This document shows, one piece after another, positions 44,086 through 48,090 of a stretch of 48,090 nucleotides of DNA (the stretch's first letter is position 1; every line of letters begins with the position of its first letter). A program made the translations under genes and the position numbers. Under the pieces are notes generated by a model, which worked only from the letters and a program-made list of their open reading frames with translations, did no database searches and was not told where the DNA came from. This DNA comes from Bryobacteraceae bacterium (lineage in GTDB: Bacteria; Acidobacteriota; Terriglobia; Bryobacterales; Bryobacteraceae), in the NCBI GenBank assembly GCA_035524535.1, contig DATKOS010000288.1, positions 1-48,090 of the forward strand, written 5' to 3'.

Positions 44086-45069
44086 ATGAGAACACGAGTC
44101 TTTTCCGGAAGGCAGCCGTCCGGAGACCTTCACATCGGAAATTACCTGGGCGCGCTTCAGAATTGGGTGCGTATTCAGAACGACTACGAGTGCATCTTCT
44201 GCATCGTGGATCTGCACGCGATCACGGTGCAGCAGGACCCGGCCGCGTTGCGCGCCAAGATCCACGAGATCGCCGCGCTCTACCTGGCCGCCGGGATCGA
44301 CCCGAAGACCTGCGCCATCATGGTGCAGTCCGCGGTGCCCGCGCACGCCGAGCTCGCCTGGATGCTGACATGCGTCACGCCTGTCGGCTGGCTGGAGCGC
44401 ATGACGCAATTCAAGGCGAAGGCCGCCAAGCAGGAATCCGTGGGCGACGGCATCCTGCAATACCCCGTGCTGATGGCGGCCGATATCCTGCTGTACCAGG
44501 CCGGGATCGTGCCCGTGGGCGAGGACCAGGCCCAGCACCTCGAACTCACCCGCGACATCGCCCAGCGCTTCAATTCCCTGTACGGCGAAACCTTCGTCGT
44601 CCCCGGAACAAGCCTGCCCGCCGTGGGCGCGCGCATCATGGGCCTGGACGACCCGGCGCAGAAGATGAGCAAGTCCGAATCCGCCGCCGGCCACGCAGTG
44701 GCCCTCCTGGACCCGCCGGACAAGATCCGCAAGACCATCATGCGCGCCACGACGGATTCGAACCCGGCGGTGGATTTCAAAACGGCTGGACCGGGCGTGC
44801 TGAATCTGCTCGCCATCTACCAGGCCTTCTCCGGCGCCACCGAAGCGGAGATGAAGAACCAGTTCACGGGGATGCGCTATGGCGATCTGAAGAAACAAGT
44901 GGCCGCCATGGTGATCGAACACCTGGAGCCCTTCCAAGCCCGCTACAAGAAAATCGTAAGCGAGCCCGGCTACCTGAGCGGAGTTCTAAAGGAAGGCGCC
45001 GAAAGAGTAGCCCCCATAGCCAACGAGACCGTACGCCTGGTGAAAGACAGAATGGGACTACACATTTAA
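44086..45069 (+). CDS. trpS: Tryptophan--tRNA ligase
   Basis: GRQPSGDLHIGNYLGAL is the HIGH-type motif. VPVGEDQAQHLELTRDIAQRFN is present, and KMSKS is present. Confidence 0.95.
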   Translation: MRTRVFSGRQPSGDLHIGNYLGALQNWVRIQNDYECIFCIVDLHAITVQQDPAALRAKIHEIAALYLAAGIDPKTCAIMVQSAVPAHAELAWMLTCVTPVGWLERMTQFKAKAAKQESVGDGILQYPVLMAADILLYQAGIVPVGEDQAQHLELTRDIAQRFNSLYGETFVVPGTSLPAVGARIMGLDDPAQKMSKSESAAGHAVALLDPPDKIRKTIMRATTDSNPAVDFKTAGPGVLNLLAIYQAFSGATEAEMKNQFTGMRYGDLKKQVAAMVIEHLEPFQARYKKIVSEPGYLSGVLKEGAERVAPIANETVRLVKDRMGLHI

Positions 45070-45079
45070 AGGCCGAATA

Positions 45080-45152
45080 GGCCACAGAGGAACGCTGATG
45101 AACACGGATAGCGCTCTTTCCGATCTGCGTTTATCTGTGTTCATCTGTGGCC
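45080..45152. terminator. Long imperfect inverted repeat filling the trpS/uvrB convergent gap (bidirectional terminator or REP-like element)
   Basis: GGCCACAGA (45080-88) pairs with TCTGTGGCC (45144-52), and GATGAACAC (45097-105) pairs with GTGTTCATC (45137-45). The two pairings share 2 nt. Confidence 0.45.
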
Positions 45153-45165
45153 AATATAGTGTTCT

Positions 45166-47139
45166 TTAAATCGCCCGCAACCCCTTCACCCGATCCCTTA
45201 ACTCCGCCGCCTTCTCAAACTCGAATTTCCGGGCCGCCTCCCGCATCTTCTCTTCCAACTCCCCAATGAACCTATTCCGCTCCTCCGGAGTCAACGAATC
45301 CACCTCCGTCTCGTCCTCCAGCGGTACCGTCACATAATCCGCCTCCGCAATCGCCACCAGGCTCATGTCGATCGGCTTGACAATCGATTGCGGCGTGATC
45401 CCATTCCGCTCGTTATATTCCATCTGCACCGCGCGCCGCCGCTCCGTCTCGCCCAGCGCCTGCCGCATCGAATCCGTCATCACGTCCGCGTACAGAATCA
45501 CGTGCCCTTCCACGTGACGCGCCGCGCGTCCCATCGTCTGAATCAGCGACCCCGCCGAACGCAGAAACCCCTCCTTATCCGCGTCCAGAATCGCCACCAG
45601 GGAAACCTCTGGCAAATCCAAACCCTCGCGCAGCAGGTTGATCCCGATCAGCACATCGAACTCCCCGCGCCGCAAATCGCGCAGAATCTTGATCCGGTCG
45701 AGCGTGCTTACCTCCGAATGCAGGTAGCGGCACTTGACGCCGACCTCGGAGTAATACTCCGCCAGGTCTTCCGCCATACGCTTGGTGAGCGTCGTTACCA
45801 GGACGCGCTGGTTCGCGTCCACCCGCTTGCGGATCTCGCCGAGAAGATCGTCCACCTGCCCCTTCACCGGCCGCACTTCCACGGTCGGGTCCACCAGTCC
45901 CGTGGGCCGGATGATCTGCTCCACCACCACTCCGGCCGACTTCGTAAGTTCATACGGCCCTGGCGTCGCCGACACATAAACCAGTTGATTTACGCGATGC
46001 TCGAATTCCTCGAACGTCAGTGGCCGGTTATCCAGCGCGCTCGGCAGCCGGAACCCGTGCGCCACCAGTACCTCTTTCCGCGAGCGGTCGCCATGGTACA
46101 TCCCGTGAAGCTGCGGGATGGTCTGGTGGCTCTCATCGATGAACATGAGCGCATCGTGCGGCAGATAATCCAGCAGCGTCGGCGGCGCCTCCCCGGGCAG
46201 GCGCCCGGAGAAATGGCGGGAGTAGTTCTCGATGCCATGGCAGTATCCGATCTCCTTCATCATTTCGAGATCGAACATGGTGCGCTGAAAGAGCCGCTGC
46301 GCTTCAATCTGCTTGCCCTGCTTCTCGAGTTCCGCGCGCCACCAGGTGAGTTCCTCGCGAATGCTGTCCATGGCGGCGAAGCGGGTTTCCTCGGACATCA
46401 CATAATGCGTCTTGGGATAGATCGGCAGGCGCAGGTAGGTCTGCTTCACCTGCCCGGTGAGCGGGTCGATTTGCGAAAGGCCGTCTACCTCATCGCCGAA
46501 CAGTTCGATGCGAAAGGCGTCGTCGTCGTACGTGGGATAGACTTCGATGGTGTCGCCGCGCACGCGAAACGTTCCGCGGCGAAAATCGATGTCGTTGCGC
46601 TCGTAGAGAATGTCCACCAGCTTGGAGACGATTTGGCCGCGCGAGATTCTCTGGCCTTTCTCCAGCATGAGCAACATGCCGTAGTAGGCCTCCGGGGAGC
46701 CCAGGCCGTAGATGCAGCTCACGCTGGCGATGATCACGCAATCGCGCCGTTCGAAGAGCGACTTGGTGGCCGAGAGGCGCAGCTTGTCCAACTCGTCGTT
46801 GGTGGTGGCCTCCTTCTCGATGTACACGTCGCCCGATGGGATATAGGCTTCCGGCTGGTAGTAATCGTAATAGCTGACGAAGTACTCCACCGCGTTATGC
46901 GGAAAGAACGACTTGAACTCGTTGTAAAGCTGCGCCGCGAGCGTTTTATTGTGCGCCAGAATGAGCGCCGGACGCTCCGAAGCCTCTATGACCTTGGCCA
47001 TGGTGAAGGTCTTGCCGGACCCGGTGACGCCCAGAAGGACCTGGTGCTGCTCGCCTTCGCGCACTCCGCGGGAGAGCTCTTCAATGGCGGCTTCCTGGTC
47101 GCCGCGCGGGCGGTAGTTCACCACCAGACGAAAACTCAT
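45166..47139 (-). CDS. uvrB: Excinuclease ABC subunit B
   Basis: [19 protein letters not shown] and helicase motifs are present. The C-terminal UVR domain reads [24 protein letters not shown]. Length 657 aa. Confidence 0.95.
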   Translation of the reverse strand: MSFRLVVNYRPRGDQEAAIEELSRGVREGEQHQVLLGVTGSGKTFTMAKVIEASERPALILAHNKTLAAQLYNEFKSFFPHNAVEYFVSYYDYYQPEAYIPSGDVYIEKEATTNDELDKLRLSATKSLFERRDCVIIASVSCIYGLGSPEAYYGMLLMLEKGQRISRGQIVSKLVDILYERNDIDFRRGTFRVRGDTIEVYPTYDDDAFRIELFGDEVDGLSQIDPLTGQVKQTYLRLPIYPKTHYVMSEETRFAAMDSIREELTWWRAELEKQGKQIEAQRLFQRTMFDLEMMKEIGYCHGIENYSRHFSGRLPGEAPPTLLDYLPHDALMFIDESHQTIPQLHGMYHGDRSRKEVLVAHGFRLPSALDNRPLTFEEFEHRVNQLVYVSATPGPYELTKSAGVVVEQIIRPTGLVDPTVEVRPVKGQVDDLLGEIRKRVDANQRVLVTTLTKRMAEDLAEYYSEVGVKCRYLHSEVSTLDRIKILRDLRRGEFDVLIGINLLREGLDLPEVSLVAILDADKEGFLRSAGSLIQTMGRAARHVEGHVILYADVMTDSMRQALGETERRRAVQMEYNERNGITPQSIVKPIDMSLVAIAEADYVTVPLEDETEVDSLTPEERNRFIGELEEKMREAARKFEFEKAAELRDRVKGLRAI

Positions 47140-47148
47140 AGTTGCGAT

Positions 47149-47955
47149 TTATTGGATGTCCACTTTGACGGAGACGACTTCGCCGGTGGGCGAGACTCGG
47201 AAGTTCAGGACCGCGGGCTTCGCCCCTTCGAGCGCCTTGACGGTCACCGTGGTCTTGCTGTTCTCCTTCATGTCGGCGTGCGCGGGCGAGACTTCATAGC
47301 CCGCCGGCGGAGGAACGTCGAGGGTGAAGCTCATGGGCCCGAGCGCGGTATTGCTCAAAACCAAGTCGGCCGATTGGCCCGCCTTGAGCGAGAGCGCCTG
47401 CTTGTCCGCTCTCACTTTGTTCATGGCGACGGACGGGCTGCTGAGCTGTGCGGCGCTCGGAAGCGTCACCGGCGGCGAGGCCTCGGCGGCCTTGGCTCCG
47501 TTCATGGCCGAGATCATGGCGTTCATCACGCCGAAGGGCGAACCGCGCGGGGCCGTGGGATCCACGAACCAGAACCACTTGCCATGCTCCAGCTTCCACT
47601 GGGTTGAGAGGGGATACTTGATTGGAGCGCCGGCGAAACCCTGGATCATGATATTGCGCACGCATTGCATCTCCACGTCGGCGGTATGGAAGTCGGCGCT
47701 GTAGTCGACGCGCTGGAGTTCGCAGCTCTGGTACTGCTCCTTGCGGCCCGAGATGAAGACGTTCTTCGATTCCGGCGCGACCAGCTTCTCCGCGTCCGTG
47801 AAATTGGCGTTTACGAAATCCTCGAAGAATTGGGTCGCGCGGGCGCGCAGTTCGCGGTCGGACTTTGCGGGCGGGGCCTTCGGCGCTTGCTTGGAGTCGG
47901 GCCCGGCGTGCAAAAGCGAGAGCGCGAGGAGCCCCAGGGCAGCGGTGCGGAACAT
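47149..47955 (-). CDS. Exported hypothetical protein, 9 nt upstream of uvrB
   Basis: The internal ATG at 47955 gives the signal peptide MFRTAALGLLALSLLHAG. The composition looks coding and I recognise no family. Confidence 0.55.
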   Translation of the reverse strand: MFRTAALGLLALSLLHAGPDSKQAPKAPPAKSDRELRARATQFFEDFVNANFTDAEKLVAPESKNVFISGRKEQYQSCELQRVDYSADFHTADVEMQCVRNIMIQGFAGAPIKYPLSTQWKLEHGKWFWFVDPTAPRGSPFGVMNAMISAMNGAKAAEASPPVTLPSAAQLSSPSVAMNKVRADKQALSLKAGQSADLVLSNTALGPMSFTLDVPPPAGYEVSPAHADMKENSKTTVTVKALEGAKPAVLNFRVSPTGEVVSVKVDIQ

Positions 47956-48090
47956 CAACTCAATTTTAGCGTAGAGGCCCGCGAAGCCGCCGCGCGGCCC
48001 CGGACGGCGCGGCCGTGCAGGTGCGTTCATACACTAGCTGACGTGGCGAGAGCGCAAAAAGTCTCCCTGGCCGGGAGTGAAAGCCTTGCT

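Noticed and set aside
45388-47607. 739-aa plus-strand ORF
   Set aside because: It is antisense to the unmistakable uvrB gene and has Arg/His/Leu-rich shadow composition.

Overview
High-GC, gene-dense chromosomal window with about 40 protein genes and one tRNA. I found no rRNA, CRISPR array or recognisable mobile element. Lineage-typical families point to an Acidobacteriota (Solibacter/Bryobacter-like) genome: two tandem TIGR03435-type 'FEVVSVKP' proteins, an NHL-propeller protein with a TIGR03437-type 'QINAQVPWEL' C-terminus, and an FG-GAP/ASPIC-UnbV protein. Housekeeping content includes dnaB, uvrB, trpS, uppS-cdsA (ATGA-coupled), tRNA-Arg(ACG), dgoD, a RumA-type RNA methyltransferase, an S41 protease, an OmpR/HK pair, an ECF sigma/ZAS anti-sigma pair, a DksA-family protein and TauE+DUF1634. 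The most interesting locus is a four-gene minus-strand operon at 27230-33653. Its order and domain content match mtrC-mtrA-mtrB: an OmcA/MtrC-like 5+5-heme protein, a 351-aa decaheme, and a 688-aa putative porin. A fourth protein follows, built from four class-I cytochrome c domains. This is a candidate outer-membrane porin-cytochrome conduit for extracellular electron transfer. Other notable items: a 1109-aa fusion of a fucokinase-like GHMP kinase core with a UDPGP-type pyrophosphorylase, coupled to a divergent GalU-like gene. A cytochrome c/NrfC/NrfD quinol module sits at the left edge; its NrfD gene is missing from the ORF track because it runs off the window. A segmental tandem duplication left a relic 3' gene fragment. 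There is an unannotated 20-codon lysine-rich ORF with SD and terminator. An ~860-bp low-GC noncoding gap lies upstream of the ECF sigma gene, and TGnTAnAAT extended -10 boxes recur. Many long ORFs in the track are antisense or out-of-frame shadows typical of high-GC DNA and are rejected. All functional calls rest on motif recognition by eye; no searches were run.
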